From Ascidiella aspersa (taxonomy: Eukaryota), in assembly GCA_963924565.1 (NCBI GenBank), contig OZ004615.1, positions 15,438,001-15,502,000 on the forward strand: a stretch of DNA of 64,000 bases, in the 5' to 3' direction. Positions 1 through 13,132 of this stretch are shown piece by piece. Position numbers and translations under genes: made by a program. Positions within the stretch are counted from its first letter, which is position 1; each line of letters begins with the position of its first letter. The notes under the pieces were generated by a model, which did not search any database, was not told the DNA's origin, and saw nothing but the letters and a program-made list of their open reading frames with translations.

Positions 1-2532
1 AAGCTTTAAACATTTTGGTCGTTAAAATATAGCACATCACCTTTATAGGTAATGGATTTCAGATGATGTTACGCATATGCACAAACATTCTTCGTAAACT
101 TTAAAATACAGCTCGATTTAATTTTTTTGTTCATTACGATTTGTAATCGCGTGTAGATTTGTCACGTTTGTTTTGATTATGCTACGCCAAAATATAATCC
201 CCTATATAAAACAAATCTAATCATTTTTTATAAAATAGAACCACTAGAGTTTTATACAACTATATTACTGTCTCTTGTGCGAAGTATGCCCTTTTTCCAT
301 TAAAAAAGCTTTTTTATTATTTCACATTAATTTTGTTCAAATAAAGGTCATTTTGAAAGTTTCTTTAGACGCCTTGCTTTATAAGCCCACGAACATTATA
401 ACTGGCTTGAATTATTGATGTAAAATACACCAAAGCCAAGAGGACACGCAGTTCCGTGCATACAGCAGATGATAATGAAAAGTCGCTAGAAGTCCATATT
501 CGGTCTCTTGACATTCAGCCACTGGCTTATCTCGCCACGCTTGGTACAGCCTATTATTAATACATCAGACATATCATACGTCCTAAAAATTTACTGGTAG
601 ACCTAACCAAAATATCCAGATATTTAGCAGCTGCCGCTCCTTTGCCGTGCTTGATTGCGCTGTTATTAAATAGCGAAAATTCTAAGCGGCATTAAAATTT
701 TATGCTGCCATTTTATTTCGTGCATTTCTTGGACCAATTTAATATGTCGCGGGATTTACGATGCTTAGTCTATCCACACACCCCAAAACCGTTTATTTTT
801 ATGAATAAATTATACCAGCAATTCTAAGCTATGCATTTTTTTGCCAACAAAACATATGTGTTATAAAATCCTGATAATTATAATTACAATAATACTGGAC
901 TGATGGTAGTACGAAACTGAATTTTATATCTGAGGTTAACTTAAAAAATCCTAATAAGTCGCTAACCGCGCAAGCTCTTGCAAGTTAACGTGTTGTATGA
1001 CAGTGGAACGAAACCGGTTTCTCAGTCCCCATGTGATTGCTTGATTTATTTTCATTCACATTTCAGCGATCGACCCCTGTCAGCGAACATTACAAACGGG
1101 TTGAGCTCATCACGCTACGTAATCAAAACTCCATTTGAAAGGTCAAATGACCATTAGCGTCCTCTTTGCGTTGCGATTTGATCTATGTCTTGTATATATG
1201 CCACCTTAGATTGCGACTACTTTTACAGTAAATTGCGTTCGAAAAAGATTAAGTTCTTGTGGTACGCCAAATTGTCGCGAATATTTAACACGGTATCTTG
1301 AAACAGCAAAAGCAAAATATGTATAACAAAAAGTCAACGTACAACCAACAAAAAGATTCTGTAAAACACAGGTTTCTCGTGGAAATTAGTGCCAAAAGGC
1401 AAAACGTGGGCACGGTAAAAATACATGTAACTATTTGCAAAAGACGTGTAAATGCCAACGCATGACTGTGCAATAATGTGCATCTAACGCCTATAGTTTC
1501 AAACCTGGTTCGTTTCTTAAATGTATTACAAGAAAACGTTTGACTTTGTTGATGTTTTATGGCTTGTGTGGTTGTAAACTTACACAGGCCACTTTAGCGG
1601 TGACCCGTAATCCGTTGCAACCCGCTTTCGTTTGCGAAAAGTTTTACCTTGTACAATGACATACAGTTCACGCCAAAAAATGACAAATTCTCTACTGAAC
1701 GCATTTGCTAAAGATTACCATGACGTGGAAACCAACGGTGTTTCGGCTCGATCCTTACGAGTATGTATTGCCGAGGAAACATAAACAAACAGCACGAGTG
1801 GGATTTGCTTGTTCCCGCTAACACAAACAACTGAAACCGCCCTCACAAACGAGCAGTTCGCGAAAGTAAACGGGGGACTTAACAGAAGAACTCATTTCAA
1901 CAAAAATCGTGTCTTTTTAAACACATCGTCGGTATTAACACTTTTTCCAAATCAATAACAGTTTATAATAAAAAAATTGGCATTTGCTAAAACGCTTATT
2001 CTACATATGGTTTGCACAGGGGTCGGCATCTCACACGGCCCGCGAAAACAAGGTAAAGGCGTATATAGTTCATGCGTTAGTAGGCCTACAATAGTGTCAT
2101 GCGATAAAACTACTGAGACTATTGGTCAGTGGGTTGGTTTGTCGTCAACTACAACAGTACCAGAGTTATACCAAAGAACCTTGGCCTTTAGTTGAATAAC
2201 AAGTACAAAGTTAACGCTAATGTTTCGTTAACATTGCTTTGCGTCGTCCAGTGTTACAGGATTAGCGGACGATGCACAGCGTTTAGTAGCCAGCGGCAAT
2301 GGCAAGTGTGATCCGCTGTGCTATAGTATTATCCTGATTTAGCTTCGGCTATACAGCTTCGCCCATAACAACACACGGCTTCCGTGACAAGTACCACATC
2401 GTGTTCGCAAAAAGCCAAAAATATCGTCGGCCTTCGTTTTATTAACCTTGTAAAGTTAGAACAATAGGAACTACTCATTGCCACTGGTATAACCCTTCAA
2501 AACATCGCAGCACATTCACGCAGATAGAGACA

Positions 2533-2538
2533 TATAAG
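2533..2538 (+). promoter_or_regulatory. Candidate TATA box (TATAAG) and non-coding first exon (about 2560-2631) of the ZP gene
   Basis: TATAAG at 2533, a consensus donor GTAAGT at 2632, and a strong acceptor ttttgcag ending at 3120, one base before the ATG at 3122. Confidence 0.45.
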
Positions 2539-3121
2539 GGCACCGCTTGAATTTACTCTCTCATAAAAACATTACCAAACTTATGGGAAACATAGTTTTG
2601 TTAATTGTCACACATTTTATAAAACAATTTTGTAAGTTTATATTTTGGTGAAATCTCGAAGCCACGTAATAAACCCCATTTCTGGTAACATAATATCCGG
2701 TTTTAAAAATAATTCGGACTTCCGTGAAGGCACTCCAATTTTATTAAATAAAGCCAAAAACATGAACCTTGACTACATTATTCGTAATAATGTGCCTCAA
2801 GAAGAGAAAATGTCTCTATCAACATTATCAGCAATTAATAATGCATGAGCGCCACCTAACGGTTTCAATATTTTAAGATGCACATCGGGAATGATACGAG
2901 TTTAATGAAGGGTTAATAAAAACAAAGCCAACATTTGCGACGAAACCTGTTTATATCATATAATGACATATAAATAGCAATATTTAATAGTATGCATAGC
3001 GTTGCAAGTAACATAAACTGGAAAAAATTCTTAGTAGCCGTTATCAAAAATCAGTTTTTCTGACTAAATTGTTTCATGTTCATTATATCATATTTATGAT
3101 GCGTTTCTTTTGTTTTGCAGA

Positions 3122-6100
3122 ATGAAGGCAGTTTTTGTGTTCCTGTGTCTCTATGTTTCGTCTACGATAGCGCAAGGTAATTTATTTATGGATACTGCCT
3201 TTATACACAACATTAAAATTTAATACCTGCGCCGGCTTATTCCTTATTTGCGTCGCTGGCAACAGGGGGCATACTTTGAAATTTTAATCAAGTATACATT
3301 AGTTTCTCGGGTATGAGCAAATTTAAAAGTGAAATACCGGAACATACAATAACCGCAGGTGATTTCTCGATAAAGTATTGCTATCGCTCTACAATGCCAT
3401 AGTTCAACATCCATGCGTGTGGTCGTAAAATAGATGTTTCTTCTTAACACTTCTGAAAGTAAATTATAACAATACCGTTTTGGTTCAGCTGCATATATCT
3501 GCTACCAAATTTTCATTGGGTATGATGACCTAACGTCCCAATATATATGTCCAATTAATAAAAACGCATTTGTTTACCCTCATAGAAATGGTTCAGGTGG
3601 TATGCTCCCATGGAAGCATAACGGCCAAGATCAAGAAGCAGGTGGTGGCTAGCGCGGGCTACACCATGGGCCAAGTCCACCTCAACGACAAGAAGTGTGC
3701 CTTCGACCTCGAGGATGACGAGTTCTATATGAAAGTTATCAACCCGCTGTCGAGCTGTCTCACCCACCAGGAGGTCAGTATTTTCTTGTCACAACTGAAA
3801 ATGACATATCTGTTTTTTGCATGGGAAAACCCAACCGTAGCCTTACAAAATATTGTTTTTTTTATTGAAGAAAGCGTGAATTATAGCATTTCAATTTTTA
3901 CTACGTCGCAGCCTAAGCTTTTTGAAATACCCAACCGCCCTATTTGTTTTAAAAAAAATTCTTTAAACTTGCATTAGATCTAAATTAACAACATTTCATT
4001 CTTATGAATTTAAATACTATATACCGAGAAATAAAATTTAAAAATTAAGTATTGTGGAGAAAAGAGTCCTGTCGGTTACTATACTATAGCGCTCTCTAGC
4101 GGTTAAATGAAAACCTTACCTATTTAACCGCTAGATGACTCATTGAAATGAATGGGAAAACGTTTCTTCTTTAACCGCTAGAGAGCGCTGTAGATTCGAA
4201 ACCAACTGGTACGTATGCGACATTAACAAATTCACAACTTATGTTTAATATTTTAATATGTTCTGAAATACCATGCAAGGTATACAAATATCAGGAATAT
4301 ATTAACGATTTTTTTTTTTTTTTTATTTTTATTTTTTTAGTCTTTTACTCCGAATATTTTTTGGATGAACACGAATACAACGATAAATAATGGTAAGTTT
4401 CGAATTAAACCTTTGTGACTTCAGACAAACGAAACCCACGTTTGGTACACCAACTCGATCTCGACAGTCGAAACTGGACCCACTTACCCCTATGGGGTCG
4501 TCGTTGGACCGTCTTCCAACCCAAAAGTGTTGAGTGCCAAGATTACCTGCACCTTTCGCATAGACCTAAACGTCAGCACGATGTTCATTCCCAATATCAC
4601 GATCATGTGAGTCGAAGAAGCTACAAGAATAACATATTCACGCTTGTCAAAGATCAACTAACAACCCGTTGATGAATTATTATGTGTTTTTAAACCGGCG
4701 AGACAATCTTTTTGAAACGTCCTAAATAGTAAACTCTCATAAAAGACAATGTGCTCAGCCATAGTTCTTACAGAATACACTTTAGTTGTATAATTAATGA
4801 CTTAACGATCTAAAACATCGATTAAACTGTCTGAGTTCGGTAACCTCTTCAACATCATAACCGGTGATTTTTTTTATTTTCAGTCCGATTCCAATCCCAG
4901 ATGCCTTCGGAGTAGGGGAATTCCAAGCGTCCATGTCGCTTTACACCGACGCTTCTTACAGCACTCCTTACACAGAACCCCCGACCCTAGAGGCAGACCA
5001 GACGCTTTTTGTTGGTACGAATTAATAAAGCCGCTAGATGACGTTACCGAGCAAAATTAAAATTTCAATTTAATGTTACAGCTGCAAATACAAATAAATC
5101 ATAAGGCTCGCATATAACTTTATTCATTATTCTAACTAATACATAGACGCAAACATATAGTTCTAATTAGAGATTGTATTTACAAACATTTGTATCCTGG
5201 TTAACATTCGAATTAAGGAACTGACGATGCCAGGATAGGCGAATAAATATTACTTTTAAAAAAATGTCTGATCCTGATTTTACTCTGGTTTTTAAACTTT
5301 GAGTTTTATTGTTTATCCTGGTTAATGCAGTTGGCTTTAGTATAGCAGAATTAATTTACAAATAAAGCGGGTTGTGAGCAATTGAGCACCCTGCGACTTG
5401 GTGCTGTTAACAGCATTTTAATTAAATATTTTGTTTTGCAGGAGTTTCGCTGCTTGGTGATGTTAGCGAAGACATATACTTGCTTATCCAAGAGTGCTGG
5501 GGTACCGTCTCCGCCGACCCAGAGGACACTCCCCAATACCCCCTGATTAGCGATGGGTGAGTAAAATAATCAATTACCCCAGGAGTCATTTTTGTTAATT
5601 TTTGCATAAATATATAAGGCGATTATTGTTGAATAATGTTTTAGTCGTTATTTGGTGAAAAAAAAATAACTTAATTTTTAGACAAGTGCAAAATAGACAA
5701 ACAATTATTTTAAAAAAACGACTGAAAAAATTTAACACTCACTTATCCTATAGGGTTAACATAGTTCCTATCGTAAAACCTCCTGTTCAAAATAAAATGA
5801 TTAGTCTTCTAAAGATGTCCCAAATATCACCCTCTTTTCCATTTTTTTTTCATTTTAGCAAAATTATGTATATCGAATGCGTTATCAATGCTTAAAAAAA
5901 TTAGAAAAAAAACACCAAATATAATTGTGAATCTGTCTGTTACTTTTACCCGTTATGCGTAGAATAATCAAAAAAAGAGGTGATAATTTTTTCAAAAGCA
6001 AAACTCCATTTGTATAATCTTTTTGTTCTCTTTTTGGGCGAAATTGTTTTCTTTTTGGGCGATGAAAATAGGTTATGCCTAACTAATCCTTGTTTCGGCT

Positions 6101-9100
6101 GTTCATTTGAGGCCAATCATAAGTCAATCATACACAAAGTTTTGCTCACAGATTGGCCGTGTAGAATATAATCATTGTGGTAGAGTAGAAATCGTTCATT
6201 CGCCAGCTTCTTTCCCACACTTTACAAGTTATAAAGATTACGTGGCAGACTAGTGATTTGGCAAAGGCCTTGGGCGGTGTCAACCGAAATAATCGCCTAT
6301 GTCAGTGACGCGCGCCCTGAACGAGAATGACTTTTGAATTTTCGATTCATGTGAATTCATTTGACATGGTTCAACTTAAGCGGTCATTTGAATACGCTTT
6401 ACTTAATATTAAAACCCATTGTAATTGGAGTTTTATGAAGCATTTAAAAGTTATGATATAAATATTTTGTTCTATATACTCTTTTGTTTCAAACATTCGC
6501 CTTCTTAGCATTTTCATGTCGCGTTTAACATAATGTTTTATTACCACTACTGCCTTTCCACTTAAAACAAAACCTTAGGAAACCTATTTTTTTGCAGAAG
6601 TTTTAAAACGACTAAACGAAAATATCTTTTGAAAAACAAAGTTCGTCCTTTGCAATCGAATTGGGTTATTCATTTTGTAAACGTTAAAATAGAACATTTA
6701 AGTTTAAACGGGTATTCATTCACCGCAAAAGAACGCTTGATATACCGCGCTATGTTATTAATAATGACAAGTCCGAGCAATTTGGCGCTTTTTTAAACGA
6801 CGCACTTGCCGTATACTCCGAGTTGGTCGGTTATTAAAATCTCGTCCGGAGCTCTTATTTCTCGATTGGAAGGCCGAATTTGAAAGATGCAATTTTCGTC
6901 CCGAGCCAATTTCTGTCGCCCGGGGCCCTTCGTGACGCGATCAAAGCGATTTTAGTCCAGTTATTCCTTAGCGCAACCTTTATATCAATTTCCCTTCTAG
7001 TTCACATTTTTCGACCGCTGTTACTTGTAAAAATAGTTTTTGTAAATTGTTCACAAATAACTTTAACAAATATAATTGATTAAGGTAGCACTATGTAGAA
7101 AATTCATAAGTTTATAGTAACTGACAAAGTAGTGAAACCTCCGTTTACCCAATATTGTTATGGATAAATGCACTGACATTTTTTCGCGCAACCTTTGGCA
7201 AATTTTGAATCTTGTTTAATTTGCTATAACAGACGAACAAACTTTTACATCGCGGTGCTTTTATCTAGGCACAGTTTTTGCAGTAGGCCTAACGCCTTAA
7301 GATATTTGAACCGCGACATGTCGCAGTTCAGTGGAGAAAATGTCATAATTCTTCTGTTCTTTTCTCGGAAATTTTGGTTAAGCTTGTGCATTGTTTTCTT
7401 GAAAAGGAAATTTACACTTGCAGTACGCGGCAAACTATTTTCGCTCGCATTTAAGATCAAAACTTGTATACAATTAACTTATGTCAAAACCATAAAAATG
7501 TGTTCAGGAGTACAAAAACTGTCTTGTTTCGCTAAAGTTTGTATCAGCTTATAAAAACTTTGTTTTTTACGCTTACAGATAAATATACGTGATCTTGTTT
7601 AACAATCCTATTTTGGTGTACAAGCGCTTGTTTTGAATTCCAGCTGCAATTTTATTTGCAAATATATGTATTACCACTTGGCTGCATCTTCTATAAAGAC
7701 AATTGTGTATTTTTAGTATTTTTTAGTATTAATTACCAAATTTAAGTGGATTGTTTTCCACGCTGACTCAGATAAGCCGGCTTATTGATTGTTGTGTTCA
7801 AACCCGTTAAGAAAACAAATACTAACGCGAAGGGTTACGAAATATTGTGAAAACATGCTACAAAAGAGAATTAGAAACGTTGTCTGTGTCGACGTGTTAT
7901 TATGGGGCAGACACGCAATAATTAAAACAATCTCTAAGGCGGGTTGTTGTTGACCAGAGTAACTATACAGATCGTCTATAGCGGGCTTCTTGTGGCATTC
8001 GTGTCGCACCCCGCGGCTATCACTTGTGGTCAGGAAAGTGCACGGCTTTGGCCCGCGGCGTTCGAAGACCGAGCAATTTTTCTCCGGGCTTGCGAATTTC
8101 TTTGTTTGCCTAAGCAGTTATAATTACGAGGTGGCGTCACGATAATTGCGAGATTGGTGAATTTTTCGTGATCGCCCTGCGCACCCGGGCCAACGCCTTT
8201 CTTCCTTGCTCTCGCGCGAGCCAAAAAGAGAAAAAGGCGCGCGGAGTGAAAACCCGCGGCGCGAGAGCAGGAGCCACAGCAAGCAACGTGGCAACTCGTT
8301 AGTAGCGTTTGTGCTGGCATAAAGTTGGCAGTTGGTGTATCCTTGCGCTGGAAGAGGTTGCAGGAATAGAATTTTTCGAAGGTATATATACGTATATTTA
8401 CGGTTTGCGGTATTTGCCGACTTTAAATGAAAGAAGTTAAAGATACAATCGCGTTAGTTTTTAAATTTAATTGAAACTAAATGTGGTGTTTATGCCGTAT
8501 TAAAAAAAAAATAACCGGCTCCGTGTTGTTTTGCAGATGTTCTGTCTCTACAGCTGCCGACGGAGCAGTGAAAGTTACCCGTAACGGAAACTCGCACCAG
8601 GGTCTATGGAACAGCCCCGTCTTTAAGTTTGTCGGCGGCGCCGAGGACTTCACAAACGTTTGGCTTCACTGCGACTTGCAAGTGTGCATCAACAAGCAAT
8701 GCGAACCGGTGGGTGCTCATTGTGTTAAGTTAATGCGTGTAAAAGTAATCTGCGACATGCTCGTGTTGAGGCCGAGCCAGCGTGCTGTTAATTCGTGAAA
8801 GTTTCCGGGTAGTGTCATAAGTGCAATACCGGATTTGTTTGCGTAACGATTGCAATTCGTGTTCAGAACGATTGGCTACCGCATTTTTTACTAGAATTCT
8901 CTCGTTCCTTTAAATTTGTTCATCTGTCAAATTTAATGGAATAGTTTAGGGCGTAGTCGTGTGTCGTACACGCCGCCGGCGAATTAACGTTCGTGAGTGT
9001 TAAGCCAACGGCACTCCCTAATAACAATCTGGTTCACTTGGTTCCAGACCTGTGCTGCCAGACGTAAGCGTCGCGATGTTGGGCAAGAGACCAAGAAGGT

Positions 9101-9710
9101 CTACGGACCGGAGGACTTCAACCGAAAGAACGTCATCACCCTAGGACCGGTCAAACGCCTGACCATCGAAACTGTGCCGGACGATCAGATCAAAGTCACA
9201 TATGTCGAAGAAGATGTTGATCTCTACAGGAACGCCAAACACCAAGGTAGGATGCGACTAACTTCAGGTATTCTTTCGTAAAATCGGTTGCTACTAATCC
9301 GCGCCCCACCGCGTTTGCCACCGGCAATGTCTCCAGCATTTTCTATATCCTTTGTTGAAGAATTGCAGGTGGTAGGTGCTGCGGGGTACCTTCGTCAAAC
9401 CGGAAAATGAAAGTTTTTTGTAAATTAGACCCAACTAAATAGTTGTACTAGTCTTAGCTGTATTTACGTGTGCCAAATAGCAAGCATACACATGTTAAAA
9501 GTTTCTAAACTCCCCTTCCATTTTCTAGCCGCCCCGAATGACCGATCGATGTGGAACCCGACCGTGATTGCGGTCGTTGCCGTGATGGGATCACTCGCTT
9601 TCATATGCATCATCATGGCTATCTTTGTAATCGCCTACCGGAGTCGTAGCCATTCCTCCCATAGTGGCGTCTCCCTTTCAGGGATCGGAAACAAGGGCTT
9701 TGTAGCATAA
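3122..9710 (+). CDS. ZP (zona pellucida) module type I membrane protein, 407 aa (uromodulin/tectorin/CUZD1-like ZP-only architecture)
   Basis: Coding exons 3122-3176, 3586-3773, 4425-4606, 4884-5014, 5442-5556, 8537-8708, 9048-9246, 9529-9710. All introns are GT-AG, phases are compatible, and the total is 1224 nt. Signal peptide MKAVFVFLCLYVSSTIAQ. ZP-N has 4 Cys (VCSHG, KKC, SSC, ITC). ZP-C has ECWGT..DP..YPLISDGC, FKFV, WLHCDLQVC..QCEPTC. Then furin site RRKRR, EHP-like ITLGPV, TM VIAVVAVMGSLAFICIIMAIFVIAY and a short tail. Confidence 0.92.
4084..4193. repeat. Inverted repeat / small foldback element in ZP intron 2
   Basis: 24-bp arms CTATAGCGCTCTCTAGCGGTTAAA and TTTAACCGCTAGAGAGCGCTGTAG (1 mismatch), plus an internal partial third arm at 4123-4135. 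Confidence 0.75.
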
Positions 9711-10135
9711 ATCGCCGGGCGTTGTCTTTAACATTGCTTTTTTATTATTCATTTCCACCAGCGCTGTCTGTACTCGTTTGCCGTTTACGGAGACACAATG
9801 TTGTAACTTTTCGTTGCCCTTTTGTTGCATATTATAACAAAACTTTCCAAGCACATTACGTGGCAAAGCAAAGCGACCACGCCCTTAGCGCTCATCCGTT
9901 GTAAATTCCGCACACCTGCCCTACTTCGTCATAGCGTTTCGCCTTTGCGCTCTGTTCTGCAACGTCACTTCGTTAATGTATATGGGAGTCTTTTTAATAT
10001 GCGCAACTATTCATCTAGGCGTAATAGTGTTCTTTCATGAACGTCTGGTAACCTTTTCATGTCACGCACAACTTACACATATTCCCGCTCATATGTTTTC
10101 GCTCTCCCCAACTTTTATGTTGTATCGATGACGAA

Positions 10136-10141
10136 AATAAA
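10136..10141 (+). promoter_or_regulatory. Polyadenylation signal of the ZP gene
   Basis: First AATAAA seen about 425 nt after the stop codon, followed by a T-rich tract near 10170-10195. Confidence 0.55.
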
Positions 10142-12477
10142 GTTTGCAAACCGCTTGCAAAACACCAGTTTATTTTATTTTGCTTCGTATCTTTTAAAAC
10201 CACTACCAGAGACTATAACTTAATACAACATTCGGAACACGTAACTTAAACGAAAACCAGAAGTCTCTTGAATAGAGGAACTTTTAGATTGTAGTGCTAA
10301 CCAAGATCCGTATGCTAATTGGAATTTATAACCTCATTACATGGAATTATGAACTTTGTAAAAGAGTAGAAAAGTCCGTGGTATTAACATATTTGTTAAT
10401 ACATTTTTTTTAAACCATACTTTCAGGGTTAGCCAACATATTTATACATTCGGTAGACTTTAAGCGATCGGTAAAAGTTAATATCCATAAAATGGGCTTA
10501 GACACACGCAAGAGTGCCAACCTAGAGCGGATCGGAATGTGGTATACGCCCGGGGCTACAACAAGCGGCAGTCTTAATCACGGGTTCGCGCCGACGCGTC
10601 CGTACCTAGCTCCTGGCGTTCTGTAATTAACGCTCCTTCGTTGGACGAATCAAGTTCACATCAGCCCTATTGTTTTCTTGTCAACAAGACACACATCGAA
10701 CGCCGCCTTTAAGTTCAAAATTCGTTTTTAGGAAGACAAATTATGGCCTTCTTTTGGAACTAAAATAATGTATTGAAAGTAAATACACCTTTAGTTAGAA
10801 TTGACTTTAAAACCGCCTTGATGAGAATATATTAAAATTTAATTTTGTGTGACTAAAAACATAAGAACAGTGCTTCTTAAAGGGGGAACCACTTGGCATT
10901 TTGAAATTGGGAAGGAAATTTGTTTTGGCGAGGAAAATGGATAAAAAAGTTATTTATTCGGTTATATGCAATAATGTAAAGAGTATATTAGGCCCATTAT
11001 AAGCTAAGTCTATTGTTTTTTCACAGTTACACCCTTGTAAAAAGTATGCATCAATGCAGGAATATATACGTATAAAATGAATACCTACATGTCATACGTT
11101 CAAACAAACTCAAATATAGCAGATGATTAGCGCATCCAAATTCCGTAATAAGTCTTGGCTTTCAGCGCTGCCTATTGCAGTTTTACATATTCATTTTAAT
11201 TTTGTCGACTCTTTATCTGTAGGTTTGATATTCTGTCAGCAGGGTACATCGAATTATCATAAAAAAGGTATAATATTTCGTGGTTTTGCTGGGGAGCAAG
11301 AATCACTGCATTAGAGCAACCTATAACAAAGACCGACAACTAATTGACACTAAATTAGTTTAACCCATTTTTCAATCTTAAAATTATATTGGGTTTACTT
11401 TGACTTTTTATTATTTTACATGGTTTGAGACAAGTTATTTTACGCTACAATATTTTTCACTACCTTTTACGACCATTGTATAACTGTAACTCATATTTTA
11501 TTAACATCGAGAGTGGACACAAGTATCATAAGAGTACGTGCATATAATGTTAGTAATAGCTGGATATTATCAGGTACGACAACCACACAATAGCATACTA
11601 TATTACATTTTGTCTTGATTGTCGCTAAGTGTTGAGACTCTTTATAAACTTCTTTTTCAAATATGGCGCTCCTTAAACATATGGGACAATGAGGCACAAT
11701 AAGCAAAAAACGTTTTGAAATGACTTATTAAGTATTTTGTACAAAATTACTTTTCTTGGCTTAGTCTTTCGGAAACACAACGTGACTTGGTGTTTTGATT
11801 AAATAATTTTTCGTAAAAGTAGCTTAGTTTAATCCCCAATTCTCCTTGTAAAAGAGTTATATATTTAAATTACGTTTTAGTTGTATTTAATAAGTAAAAT
11901 ATCGCTCCGAATTGGATAAGGTGATAAGTTTTTTTCATATTTTGATGCAAATTTCTTGACTTAGACTTGGCTTGCTATGACAATGACTTGGAGTGGGAAT
12001 TGACTTCCATTTTTTTGCTAACGATTTGACTTGTACGTGAGTCAATTTATCAAGGACTTGACCGAACTGAAGTTTTTGGCTTATATTTTAAACATCCTCA
12101 TATTTAAAACATTGTAATAACGCTACAATTCTTCGTTTTTTAAGGTTTTCTCATTGGTTGCTGTATTTTTGACTGATTACTAATATCTTTAAAACGTTTG
12201 TGTTCTTTTATAAAATTTATGCATTCTCTATAAAAGTATCAAGCAAAAGCTAAAAATAGGAACACACTGTGGTATTATTTTTCCCAATCCAACTAGTTTA
12301 TACCCACCTCACTTTCTATAATCTATAGTTTAATTTTGTGTCTTCACGCAACATGTTTTGTTGTGCGTATATGTTTTGTTGTGTGTGGACAGCTAATTTT
12401 AATGTGTGTCAATCGTAAGGCTAGGAATAGTGCAGGTTTTGACATTCAGTTTATTTAAGGATGCTGTATAGAAATAA

Positions 12478-12660
12478 GTGTTGTAAACAAGTCATTTTGA
12501 AAAGTCCCAGTCAAGTCATTTGTGAAATTACTTTAGGTCCAAGTCAAGTTTTTTTCAACAAATAGGCCTAGCAAGTCAAGTCCCAGTCTAAGTCATCAGT
12601 TGCCCACATCAAGTCGCACTCAAGTCATTATTATAGCAAGTCATCTCCAAGTCAAACCAC
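12478..12660. repeat. Fragment of the GACTTG/CAAGTC MITE family
   Basis: Reverse-complement match to the 3' end of 46058-46530, with repeated CAAGTC. Confidence 0.65.
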
Positions 12661-13132
12661 TAACATACCACTAAAAAGATTAACATTAAAAGTAGTAAAC
12701 TCGTCCGATTATATGAGCAGTAATTCAACTAAAAATAACAAAAATAAACGTAGCAATCTAATTGCGTTACGTGCAAAATTTGTGATAAATAGCTCAGTTT
12801 TATAGTAAATGTTAAAGGAAACACTTAATTTCGACCCATGTCATTTGACCCAACGACATAAGTACTTATGTGCTCACCATTTCTAATTTCTAAGTAGGAA
12901 TAGTCGGATTCATTGCCAACAGGCTAAATAGATTACACTTAAAAAGAGTCAACATGAAATAAACTTAAAAACATGAAATAAACTTAGAAACTTAGTTTTA
13001 TGGCGCATTTGTCATAGTTTAAGAAAACATAAAAATATTAGTACATTTACTCGCACAAAGTTTTAAAAGTTAGAGGATTGTGACTACTAACAAAATTGTC
13101 ATTTTGCAAAGATGTTAAAGTTTGCTCTAGTC

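Noticed and set aside
1-2500. Short ORFs upstream of the ZP gene
   Set aside because: They have no homology cues or coherent exon chain, so the region was treated as intergenic or regulatory.
8030-8320. 96-aa Arg/Ala-rich ORF on the - strand
   Set aside because: It has no recognisable motif or supporting splice structure, and is explained by local GC richness.
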